DNA of 63,962 nt, filler included, from Reclinomonas americana ATCC 50394 (taxonomy: Eukaryota): the NCBI GenBank assembly GCA_048213135.1. It is 7 parts of 3 records of this genome, joined end to end, with 100 filler letters (N's around TTAATTAATTAA, not from the genome) between each part and the next. Parts side by side here need not be neighbours in the genome. Positions count along the whole stretch, not along the records: positions 1 to 15,521 come from PS015346.1; positions 15,622 to 27,291 come from PS015346.1; positions 27,392 to 39,349 come from PS015346.1; 4 more parts are not named here. One strand, 5' to 3'. The notes under the pieces were generated by a model that worked only from the letters and a program-made list of their open reading frames with translations, made no database searches and had not been told where the DNA came from. Numbering within the stretch: the first letter of the stretch is position 1; each line of letters opens with the position of its first letter. This document shows, one piece after another, positions 12,501 through 28,985 of this stretch. The translations under genes were made by a program, and so were the position numbers.

Positions 12501-15500
12501 ACGCAATGCGTCGGCGGCACTGCGCATGTCACTGAGCTCGGCGCGAGCAGCGGCGAGATCGCGATGCGCCTGGGCCAGTCGCGCACTTGCCGTGTCGATT
12601 TGCGCCACGTGAGCCGCCGTCGTTGCTCGCAGCACCACCACCTCACCCTCCGCCTTGTGCAAGCGCGCACGCACATCCTCCAGTTCATCGACCGACGCCG
12701 TCGGCAAGGCCAGGCTGTCGGCCGATGGTGAGCGCAAGAGGTGCAGTTCTGCCGCCTGCAATTCCTCCACCCGCTTTCGCAGCTCTGCCGCCGCCGCACG
12801 ACCCTCGGCCGATTCGGTGAGGAGCTGCTCAATGTGCCTCTCCAGACGATCGAAGCGTTGCGCGGAGACCAGTTTCTGATGAAAGGAAAAGCATTTGTCA
12901 GCAACACATTTTCTGTGGTTGGAAGACGATCGCCACGCACATCATCCTCGGCCGTGCGCACAGCCCGCTCGAGTTCCGCACGCAGCCGCTGGACTTCGTG
13001 GTGCGCCATCTCCAACTCTCGCTCCTTGTCGGCGACATCACGCAGCAGGGCCTCCACACGGTGTGAACACTCGACTTCGTTGCGACGCATATCCTGCTCC
13101 AGATCGGCCAGCTCGTGCTCCAGGCGCTCCACAGTGACCTCGAGATGACCAATGCCATCGGCAGCAACCAGTTTCTGACAAACCAAACTCAACAGGTCAG
13201 CACCTCGACACCGAAGACAGCGTGGAAACGACTGCGCACCTCTGCTTGCGAGGCGGCGAGAATGCGCTCAAATTCCGCTTGCATCTTGCGTGCCGTATCG
13301 CGCGCCACAGCCAGCTCAGACTCGAGATCTCCAATGTGCCGGTTGAGCGTCTCAACGTGCGCCGCCGTCGTGGCGTCTCGTTCCAGTGCATGCCGATCAG
13401 ACTTTTCACGCTCGGCGCTCTCCCGGAGCTGCTTCTCGAGGGCCGCCACACGGGCCGCCATCTCCTGCAGCCGCCGAGTGTCTTCCTTCCCCTTCCGCTC
13501 CGCCTCTGCATGCTGGCGGCTGGCCTTGCCGGCCGCAGCGTGTGCGTCGGTGTGTGCCTTGCGCAGCTGTTCGTTGAGCTCGTTGATCTGCTGCTCAAGC
13601 TCCGCGACATGCTTGCGCTGCGCCTCGTCACCACTCGAACTCTTGGTCGTAGACTTGGCAGCCGCCATGGCTGACTCGGCCAACACAGTCGCAAATCGCT
13701 CCTGCTCCTTGGTCAGCTGTGCCATCGCCTCACGCACGCGGCTTTCGGCCTCCGCCTTGGCCGCCTCCACCTCCCGTTGCGCGCTGAGCACCTTTCGCTG
13801 AAACTCGAGCAACTCCTCCGCATGCTGCTTGGTGAGCGACCGCACAGTGCTCTCCTTAAGTACGGTGGCCTCCTCCACCTGCTGTCGCAACACTTGAACC
13901 CGCTGGTGCTCGTCGGCAAACTTGTTCTGCGTGTCGATGAGCTGGTTCTGAGCATCGGACAGCTGCTCGGCGGCGCTGCTGGCCTTCTTCTGCGCCTCGG
14001 CGACCTGCCTGTGGGCGTCCTCCAGTTCATGACGTGCGTGCCTCAAATCGGCATCGACACGTCCGAGATCGCGCTCCGCCTGCGCGAGTTTGGCGCTGAC
14101 CGTGTCAATCTCCGCCCGACGCGAGGCGCTGCCGGCCCTCAATACCACCAGCTCCTCCCTGGCCTCGCGCAACTGAGATCGCGCATCGGCCAATTCTGCC
14201 AGCACGGTATCGGTAGTGCCGTTGGTGGCCTGGGCGACGGANNNNNNNNNNNNNNNNNNNNGAGAGAGAGAGAGAGAGAGAAAGAGAGAGAAAGAGAGAG
14301 AGAGGCACGACAAATGAGAAGTTTGCACCAAATGGTAAAGGAGAAAGCAAACAATGTCCACCTGCGCGCGCTTGTTTGCCTCCCGTGACTTGTGGCTCGG
14401 TGCCGCCGACCCGTTTTCCACATCGGCCACCTTTTGCTTCAACTCATTCTCGGCGAGCAGGCGTCGTCGCGTGGCCTCAATAATCTCCTGCTGCAGCTCG
14501 TCGCGGTCCTTCTCCAGCCGCCTCACCCGCTTCTGCGCCGCCTCCAGTTCGTGCTTGGTGGCCGCCATCTCTGCTGTGCCGTCCACGGCGGCATCGCTCT
14601 GCCACCGCTGCAGCTCCTTGAGTTTGAGGCGCTCCTTGCGCAGCGACATTTGCATGGTGTCCATTATGACGGTCTTTTCGGCGTTCGACGCCGCCAGCGC
14701 ACGCCGAGCCTCGGCCAGTTCCTCGTCGCGCTTCTGCAGCAAGCTCGCGAGCTCGCGGTGCATCTGCATGGCTGCTTCCATTGCCTCCACAACTTTTTGG
14801 CGGGGGAAGTGCGATGAGGACGACGACACAAACAGTGGTGGTGACGGGAGGCATACCTTCCGCGGGCAACAGCGCGTCGTGATCAGCCGCTTGCGCAGCA
14901 GCCGAAACAACAACAAGAGGGGGAGGAACATCGACGGCGAGAATGTGCTGTTCGACTGGTGAAAGTTGCGGTGAGGCGTCTGCAGCAACAAAACATGAGT
15001 GAAGGATATATTGTGACAACAGACGAGTTCGCGCAACGGAGCGACTCCTCCACATGCTCTGCAGTGCATGGAAGGAGAGGGTCAGCGTGAGAGGGAGAGA
15101 GGGGTGGCGATGAGAAGCGACGGTGACGCACGAATGACATGCTGCGACAGCATGTGGGAGACCGAGTGGACCTTGCTCGACACACGCGACACGAGCAACT
15201 CGGACGACTCGGGAGGTGGAGACACGCGTCTTTCCTCACTGGTACCAGCTGGTTGCCGTCGAGTGATTTCGTGAAGCAGCGCAGTTGCCTGCTGCCAGCC
15301 TTGCATCAGTTGCTGTTCCGCCAGGTGCAGACGCTGTCGGGTGGAGAAGAGCGAGGCCTGGCTGGCCTCCAGTTCCATCTCCAGTTGGTGGACTCGGGAG
15401 GCGGTGGGGTCGGAGATCTTTGAACGGGCAAAGGGGTAAGAAGAGGAGGGAGGAAGAGGGGAAGGGAGGAATGGGGGAAGGGTGAAGGGTGAAGGAGGGA

Positions 15501-18500
15501 AGGGGAAAGGGGAAGAGAAGANNNNNNNNNNNNNNNNNNNNNNNNNNNNNNNNNNNNNNNNNNNNTTAATTAATTAANNNNNNNNNNNNNNNNNNNNNNN
15601 NNNNNNNNNNNNNNNNNNNNNAAAGAGGGGGAAGGAGGGGGAAAGAGGGGGAAGGAGGGGGAAGGAGGGGAAGAGGGGAAGAGGGGAAAGAGGGGAAAGA
15701 GGGGAAAGAGGGGAAGAGAAGAAGAGGGTAAGCGGAAAGAAGAGGGAACGATTGCAGAGGAATAGAGATAAGGAAAGGGAGAAGAGGGTAAGAAGACATG
15801 ACGAAAGTGGGAAAGGGTGCAGCGAAGAATACGGGAGAGGGAACAGAGAAGAAATAAACAGGCAGAGAGTCGGATGAAGTGAGACAGTCAGTCAGACACA
15901 TACAGATGGAAGCACGGACAGGCACGCATGTGCACACACACGAAGGAAAGAAGGACGGAAGGAAGAAAGACAGAGTGGGAGAGGGAAGAAAGAAAGAATA
16001 AAGAAAGAGAAAGAAGGAGAGAAAGAAAGAAACAGATTGAGAGACAGACAGACGGACAGACAGAAAGAGTAACAGGAAATAGAGGAAAAAGAGGACAGAG
16101 TGAGAGAGTGAGACACACAGCGAACAGGCAGCAGAAGAAAAACAGATTTCCAGTAGCACGTACCTTGTCGGAGTGCTTTGTTGGAGTGCGGAAACTGCCG
16201 CTCCCGCTCTGTTCGCTCACAAAGTGAGCCACACGACAACGTACACGCAACGGACTGGGAAGATGAAACGCACCATCCGCTCCCGATCGCGGATATCCTG
16301 TTCGGGGCTCCACAAACACGCCGACGAATCGCTGTTGCTGCCAGAGAAGCGCTTCAGCAGCAGATCGACAGTGATGCTGAGGGTCTCCAGGCGTCGACTG
16401 TGTGTGGCAATCACGCGTCTTCAGTGGCTGCAGAATGAGCATTATCAATGACAATTGAAAACGCAACGTTGGCGACAGGGCGGCAGCAGCTGCCGACAGC
16501 GTGAAATCGTCGGCAAGTTTCGTCACACGGAGGAGAGTGGCGAGCTTGTCGCACACGTTGTCGAGCCGTGCCAGTAACTGGGAGCGCAAGCGAGGCAGTG
16601 AGAACGGTGCACTCCCTGATGAGCGGCGATGAACTCACTCTTTCCGTCTCCACGTCCATTCCATGCACCGCCGGCGTGCTGCCGCGTGACACGTCAAGGT
16701 CGGTGACCTCCAACCCACGCCCCACGGAGTGCGCACAGTCATCGTCGTCCACAAACGAAGTTGCCGTCGACCGTCCCACTTCCAGCTCCAAAAATGTACT
16801 CAACCCATCGCCGACTCCCGCAGCTGCGGCGGCTGTCACAGGACCAGTGGCTACAGGCACGCCTCCGTTCACGTCGCCCTCCTGGTCGCCCCACGCCAAG
16901 TCGACGGCCACCAGCTCGGCGCATTCGGGAGGCGGTGGAGCCATGTTGAGCCAGCTGTCGAGGTTGTGCTCGAGAATCGTGCTGAGGTGCATAAAGTTGT
17001 GGTACAGCGCGCCCAGGTCGCGATCGAAGCGCGATAGCGAGTGCGGCGTGCCAGGGATGCGTGGTGAGTGGTTGCCGCGCGGGGAGAGCGGAGAGTGTAT
17101 GGTGCGCGGGGACCAGGCGGTGCGAGGGGAGTGTGGTGGTGTGTGCTGCGAAGGGGGAAAGTGAGCAGAAGGGGAAGGAAAGTGATGTGATGAGCACGGA
17201 GGAGTGAGAAGCGAAGTACACACGGTGGTGTGACGAGAACAGAGCATGGGATTGAACAGGGAAGGCGGGGCCAGAGAGAGAGAGATTGAACAGAACAAGA
17301 GGATGCAGCTGAGGAGCGAACAGCTCGGCGACGCAAGAAGCGCTACATGTCAAGGAGAGTAACAGAACAGAGAAGAACGATGGATGCACGACAAAAGGCC
17401 AGCCCGTGTGCACCACGAACAGCAGAGCAATCGAGCAGCGCAAGATGAGCGAAAGAAAGGCCAAGAGATGAACAAGAAGAAAGAGAGGACAATCCGCGCC
17501 GCAATCGAGGAGGGCAAGAGGATGCAGCACAGGAGCGCAAGCCCAGGGAAGAATGGAGCGAAGCAGGAGCAGGAAGTGCTCATCGTGACAAGCGGACAGT
17601 ACCGAACAGGGGAAAACGATGTCACGCAGACGCACTCCAAGGCAGTACTCAACATGCACGACAGACGTTAAGAGAGGACAGAGCGCGCCATCAACAGTGC
17701 AATCGAGGAGGGTAAAAAGACGCAGCACAGAAGCGAACCAAGGCCAAGACATGAGATCGATGCTAACCAAGGAAAAGCAGTACTCAACAACATCGACTGG
17801 GAGAACAAGAACAAAAGAGAGGACATTCCGTCCAATCGAGGAGGTCAAGACGATGCAGCAGCAGGAGCGAACCAAGGCCAAGACATTAGAACGATGCAGC
17901 CGAGACGGTAACCAAGAACAAGCAATGCTCAACATACACAACAACAGGCAAAGAGAGTACAAAACGCACCATCAACAGCGTAATCAAAAAGAGCAAGAGG
18001 ATGCAGCACAGAAGCGAACCAAGGCCAAGACATGAGATCGATGCTAACCAAGAACAAGCACCGCTCAACATGCACGACAACAGGCAAAGAGAGTACAGAA
18101 CGCGCCATCAGCAGCGTAATCAAAAAGAGCAAGAGGACGCAGCACAGAAGCGAACCAAGGCCAAGACATGAGATCAATGCTAACCAAGGACAAGCAGTGC
18201 TCAACACGCTCTGAACAAAGAGAGAGGGCAGTCCGCGCCATCAACAGCGTAATCAAAACAGCAAGAGGGTGCAGCACAGAAGCGAACCAAGGCATCGATG
18301 ATAACCAAGGAAAAGCAGTACTCAACAACAAGCACAACAGAGAGAAAGAGAGGACAGCCCACGCTGCAATCAGCAAGAGAACGCAGCACAGGAGCGAAAC
18401 AAGACCAAGCGCCTGTTCAACATGAACACCAGAGAAGAAGAATGCCGTCAAAAACCCAACACTACCTCACTCGCCAGACTCGCAAACGCAGCCGCCGCCG

Positions 18501-18807
18501 CCCCTCCCACTGGCACCGCCACACTGCCTGCTCCATATCGACTCGAGATGCACGAGAGAGTCTCCCGCAACGTCGAGATACTGCGCATGGCGTCCAAGAT
18601 CTGCACGTGACTCTCGTCCAACATGCCCGCCACCAGTCGACTTGTGCGTGGCGAGTGCGGAGTCGTCGCACTAGTACTGCCGCCCTCGCCCATGTCGATG
18701 CACAGAGAGGAGCGAGAGGAGACTGCGGCAGAGGAGGAGGAGGTGCCTGCTTGCTCGCCCAGGCCGAGTAGAGGCGGGATGACAGGGCGATTGAGTCGCG
18801 TCTCCAT
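9546..18807 (-). CDS. Giant coiled-coil protein, paralog C, with internal repeats and no TM tail
   Basis: ATG 18807 (METRLNRP); shares motifs QILDAM..ISTLRETLS, SPRIPGTPHSLSRFDRDL, GLEVTDLD, LLARLD..C.K..LL.VTKL and intron positions with A and B; terminal exon of more than 1000 codons ending ANGHA*; crosses two N-gaps. Confidence 0.7.
15566..15577. other. Artificial scaffold linker TTAATTAATTAA inside a ~100-nt N gap (also 27336-27347, 39394-39405, 47948-47959, 60466-60477, 62782-62793)
   Basis: Identical palindromic all-frame-stop 12-mer centred in six gaps of equal size. Confidence 0.95.
17290..18420. repeat. Degenerate ~130-bp minisatellite (about 7 copies) filling intron 1 of paralog C
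   Basis: Recurring core GCGCCATCAACAGCGTAATC...GCAGCACAGAAGCGAACCAAGGCCAAGACATGAGATCGATGCTAACCAAG near 17685, 17967, 18102, 18235. Confidence 0.85.
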
Positions 18808-19508
18808 GACTGCGCAGTCACTGAGTGAGTGAGTGAGAGTGCGAGAGAGGGAGAGTGTGTGTGTGAGTGAGTGAGAGAGAGAGAGGTGCGAAAGAGCGCC
18901 TCTCAGTGTCGTCATGTGCATTCGGACATTGTGTGTGTTTCTTATGCACATAAGCTCTTTGTGTCTGTGTGTCTCTCCTCTCGTGCATGCTCACCTGCGC
19001 GCGACTTGCGTGTGCTTTTGCCTCTGCGCTTCCGATGACGATTTGGGTGATGATTGCATGATTGTTCGTTTGGACAAGCACGCGACGTCGACGTTCCTCT
19101 GCATCAGTGAGAGTCTTGCAGGATGACTCTTGCGATTGGAAAGGATGTGTATGTGGTTTGTAGAGGTGCGAAAGTTAATCAACTTTCCGAGTTTGATTGC
19201 AAACGTCTTGCAACTTCGAGGTCCGACATCGTGCTTGACCAAGGCCAACCAGCTGCAAGTGGCAACCACCAGTCCTGACAGTAACACAGGTGCATGATGA
19301 GCGGTAAGCGTCGTGCATGAGTATCAGAAACCGAGACAGACCAGAAAACGGCGAAGTGAATATCGGCACCTGCTGTCTTCGTAAACCATTCTGGAACAGC
19401 TGACAGCAACTCAGTTGCACGATGATAACCAGGTCCTTGAAACCCCAAGGCCCCCTCACAACCACCTCACAAAAAAGAGCCGCTTCTACTTGCATTCGAT
19501 TGTCGTTG

Positions 19509-20472
19509 TCACTGCGTGTCTTGCAGCAAGTGCGCCACCTGGGCCAACTCTCGCGTCAGCGACTGCACCAGTGCAGCACACGATTGCAGCCGTTGTGGCT
19601 GCTGTTGCTGCTGCAGTGGCGGTGGCAGTCTGTCTCCCTGCTTCTCCACTGGCCGGTCCAGCAGTCGGCGAGCCCACGAGGCCGCCAATGCCGAGTGCTC
19701 CTCGCACGCGCTCCTTGCCTCCACAATCTCCTGCTCGAGCTCAGCCGATCGCCCCTCGGCTGCGCGGTCACAGAGAGTAAGCGCCCTCCTTCTCCCCCCG
19801 CAAAAGCGTCACCTCGAGCTCCACTCTCACCTTCCCTCCTATCCAGTACCGCCGCCAGCGCCTCAACCAGCTGCACCGCTGCAGTCACACGACTCGTCTC
19901 CACCAGCTGCGCCTCCACCATGTGCTGCTCACGACGCGCCTCGGCCAGCTCAGCCATCAGTCGCTGATTCGCCTCGCGCAGTTCTGCCTCTGGAGTCGCC
20001 ACAGACAGCTCCTCCAGCTGCAGTGGAGGCGACACAACAGCAGCCGAGGAGGCAAACAAGGGCGAGGCAGCCTCGCGCAGCTCACTGCCCAACGAAGGCA
20101 CGACCTCGCCTTCTCGTTGGATGCTGGTCGGGCTGTAGAATGAGTTGCGAGGGGGTCCACTCTGCGACTGAGACAAGTGAGACAAGAGAGGAGGAGAAGG
20201 AGGAGGAGGAGGAGAAGAAGAAGAAGAAGAAGAAGAACAAGAAGAAGAAGAAGAAGAAGACAAAGAGGAGACGAAGGAGGAGAGTAAGAAGCTCACAGAG
20301 GAGAAGGAGGAGGATGAGAGCAAGAGACCTCATCCTGTGAAGGTCGATGTCGCAGTGACTGTTGCAGAGTCGACATTTGCATCTCGACCTCCTCTCGACG
20401 CCGCTGCTCGCGCTCCAATGCCGTGGCCATGTGCTCTAGTCGCTCTTGCAGAGAGAGCACCAGTGCAGCCAT
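19509..20472 (-). CDS. Small hypothetical coiled-coil protein
   Basis: Three exons splice in frame: MAALVLSLQERLEHMATALEREQRRREEVEMQ / ELREANQRLMAELAEARREQ / ELEQEIVEAR...LLQDTQ*; additional upstream exons possible. Confidence 0.55.
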
Positions 20473-20728
20473 CTCACCCTGTGCATGTGAGGTGCGCCCA
20501 GTTGTTGTCGCGCGTGCACTGGCGGGAACAGACAAGTGTGTCTGCAAAACGCGTTGTGTGAGCAGTGAGTGAGTGAGAGTGTGTGTGCAAGTGGACGAGC
20601 AGCTGACCGTGCTTGGTGCCTTGATGGCGTTGCGCTGCATGCTCTGCTCACCACGTTTCAATTGTTTTCTGCGTGTGACACAAGGACACAGCACTGTCGG
20701 TCTCTGTCTCTGTCTGTTTGTAAGTCTC

Positions 20729-22615
20729 TCATCGACCTCCACTGACTACTGTCGTGGTGGTCGTGGTGGCGGCTGCAGTGGGCGAGGCCATGACGGCTTG
20801 TGAGCCGCGACGACCGCCACGCGAGCCCTTCTTGCCATTGGCAGTGGTGGTGGTGGTTGGAGGCGAGGCAGGAGTGGTCGGTGAGCTGCGGCGACGAGAG
20901 GCGGCTGTGGAGGAGGCACCGCGCTTGCCTTTGCCTGTGGAGGTCGGTGGCGAGGATTGCTGTGAGGCCTCGCCGTCGTCGTCGTCGCCTTCCATGCGCA
21001 CGTCGGAGGCGGGAGCAGCTGCAGCAGCAGTGCTGTCGTCTTCAGCGGCGATGGCGGCCATCTCGCTGTCGGCTGCGGTGGAGGATGAACCAGAGGCCTC
21101 GGCAGCAGCAGCAGCAGCAGCAGCAGTGGCGGCAGCTGCGGCGGCGGCGGCTTCTTGCTCGAGATACGCAAAACTTGGCGGATCCGTGTGCGAGTTGGGG
21201 CAGAAGAACGCCCGGCCGATCACGAACTCGCGGCCGCGAATCACCACTGTTGAAGAGGGAAGGAAGGAGAAAGTGTGAGCAGGGATATGTGGAAAGTTTC
21301 CAAACACGAGAGAATCTTGAATGCAGTAACGACACTCAAAGGAGAGCAACAACAACACTGCCGAGAAGGCAAGGAAGAGCACAACTTGAACAACAGACAT
21401 GAAACAGCGAGGCAAGTGACGAGTGATAGACAACCAAGACAAAAGGGTAAACGCAAGAACAGAAATGATAAATTGCACTCCATCGCTCTCTCTTTCTCTC
21501 TCTCCCTCCCTCTCTCTCTCTTCGACTGCGCCAGGACGAGAAAAGACCCCCCGACTGCGCACGACAGACCACGACAAGGGAATAACATGCCAGCATGACG
21601 TCCGCCCCCCGCGCATTCCTCCCCCCAAGTCGGTCCACNNNNNNNNNNNNNNNNNNNNNNNNNNNNNNNNNNNNNNNNNNNNNNNNNNNNNNNNNNNNNN
21701 NNNNNNNNNNNNNNNNNNNNNNNNNNNNNNNNNNNNNNNNNNNNNNNNNNNNNNNNNNNNNNNNNNNNNNNNNNNNNNNNNNNNNNNNNNNNNNNNNNNN
21801 NNNNNNNNNNNNNNNNNNNNNNNNNNNNNNNNNNNNNNNNNNNNNNNNNNNNNNNNNNNNNNNNNNNNNNNNNNNNNNNNNNNNNNNNNNNNNNNNNNNN
21901 NNNNNNNNNNNNNNNNNNNNNNNNNNNNNNNNNNNNNNNNNNNNNNNNNNNNNNNNNNNNNNNNNNNNNNNNNNNNNNNNNNNNNNNNNNNNNNNNNNNN
22001 NNNNNNNNNNNNNNNNNNNNNNNNNNNNNNNNNNNNNNNNNNNNNNNTGTGTGAGAACAACAAGCCACAGAGAGGCCTGAGTGAGTGAGGCAGAGTGTGA
22101 GTGAGTGAGCGAGAGGTACCTCCAGTGAGAACTTTTGCAGCGGATCGCCACTCAGAGTGAACGAGAGACTGATGTTGGGCAGGAACTTGGATCGCTGTTG
22201 TTGAAGGGAGAGAGAGAGAGAGACAAGCAACAGAGAGACAAAAGAGAGAGAGAGTTAGTCATGTTGTGTGTGTCTCCGATAACGGTGTGAGGGCAGACAG
22301 TGTGCGTGTGTGAAGAGAGGGAGAGTGTGTGCAAGAGCGCGCAATGTCGCTCTTCTTCGTTTGCTTGCGCACCTCCTCCATGCGCTTGGTGAGTGCGGCC
22401 TTGCGTACACTGTGACGCGATTGCTTCTGCGATTGCTGCTGGAGCGAGAACAACTGTGTGAGAGAGGGGGAGAGCGAGAGAGAGACAAGTGTTTTTCTTT
22501 ACAAAAGAACCTTGCGCGTGGTGCGTCCGCCCGCGGCTCCGCTGCTTCCTCCGCCGCCGCCTTGTCCTCCTCCGCCTCCAGTGGTGGCGCGCGGCTCAGC
22601 GCGTGCGCGACCCAT
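20729..22615 (-). CDS. Protein resembling the C-terminal domain of plant-type RXT3-like (Rpd3/Sin3-associated) proteins, with low-complexity tail; middle lost in gap
   Basis: Exons MGRARAEP..., LFSLQQQ...RMEE, RSKFLPNISLSFTLSGDPLQKFSLE and VIRGREFVIGRAFFCPNS; the last two resemble recalled RXT3-like segments (RFVREVTIQYNLCNEPWIKYSI; VWIAGKEYxLxRVHF). Confidence 0.4.
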
Positions 22616-23656
22616 TGTTTCTCTCTCTTTCTCACAATGAAACAACGAATGCTGGTCGTCCTGCGTCCCGTTGAGTTGTCCAAAACAACGAAACGCGACA
22701 ACGGGGGAAAGTTGGTGGAGTCGCCGGTGGTGCTGGTGTGTGTAGTGAGTGTGTGTGTCGGGAGGGCTAGGAGAAATGCAAGGGATTGAAATTGCAGTTG
22801 CGGTTCGATCAAGAATGATCGAGCTCGAGAGTGGTGCGACGCCAGTGATCGCCTGTAAAAGGCAAAGACAATCCCGATACGCTGCAAGTGTTGTTTGTAC
22901 GTCCACAGCGCTGTGCATGCTGGCTTCACACGGATCTGGACCAGGCATTACAGTTGCTTTGCGACTGTTTGCCTTCCTGTGGCCTTCTCCCGAGATTGTA
23001 CGCACCGCAGCGTGTACGTATACGACTGCGCAGATATGCTGTGCGTCTATGCGAGTGGGCCAAATTCACTGTTCAGCCACGCTTTGCGATGAAGATCGCA
23101 ATTCCAGATCGCGACTGCGCACGCCCCGAGAGCGGACGGACGCGCAACGAAACCCGCCTCAGCCGTCCAGACTGCTTTTTATGTCTGTGTTTTGCACATC
23201 ATGCGGCTGGACTTCATTGTCAAACACAGCAGTGGCTTGTTTATTGACTGGCGAGATGAGTTGGATTGCGAATTCGGATTCTCACCGTTCTCCTCCCCCC
23301 TCTCTGCAATCGCATTTCTGCGTTTCGTCGCAGCTGCGCAATGTGAGGAGCATCCGCACCACTGCGACCTACTCGTGCTCCTCATCACCATTTGCGAGCT
23401 CGCTGTCAGTTTTGTATTGTGTTCGAATTCGAAACGGCCGGACGCATTCGACGTCCCCACCCCCCACTCTTCGCACCCCTTCCCAACACTCGCACACAAC
23501 ACAACACAATGGAGCAAAAAACACCCACATCTAAACACTCCAATTTTCCCGCGCGTGCCACCCACCGCAGGACACGACTGCTGCACCTCACTCCCACACT
23601 CAGCACGCGTGCAACGCCTGCGCGCAACCTTTCTTCCCGCACAAGACAAAAGAGTC

Positions 23657-28962
<5,306 letters not shown>

Positions 28963-28985
28963 TAAAAAAAGAAAGGTAGACGCAT

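Noticed and set aside
9861..12731. Long + strand ORFs (633, 358, 289 aa) overlapping the coiled-coil gene
   Set aside because: Antisense shadows of a GC-rich, codon-biased exon; no independent motifs
17290..18420. Repeat array as CRISPR or transposon
   Set aside because: Units are degenerate along their whole length with no unique spacers, cas genes, terminal repeats or transposase; it lies inside a spliceosomal intron
23544..23553. E2F-like TTTCCCGC upstream of the beta-amylase
   Set aside because: Single short match in GC-rich DNA with no supporting context
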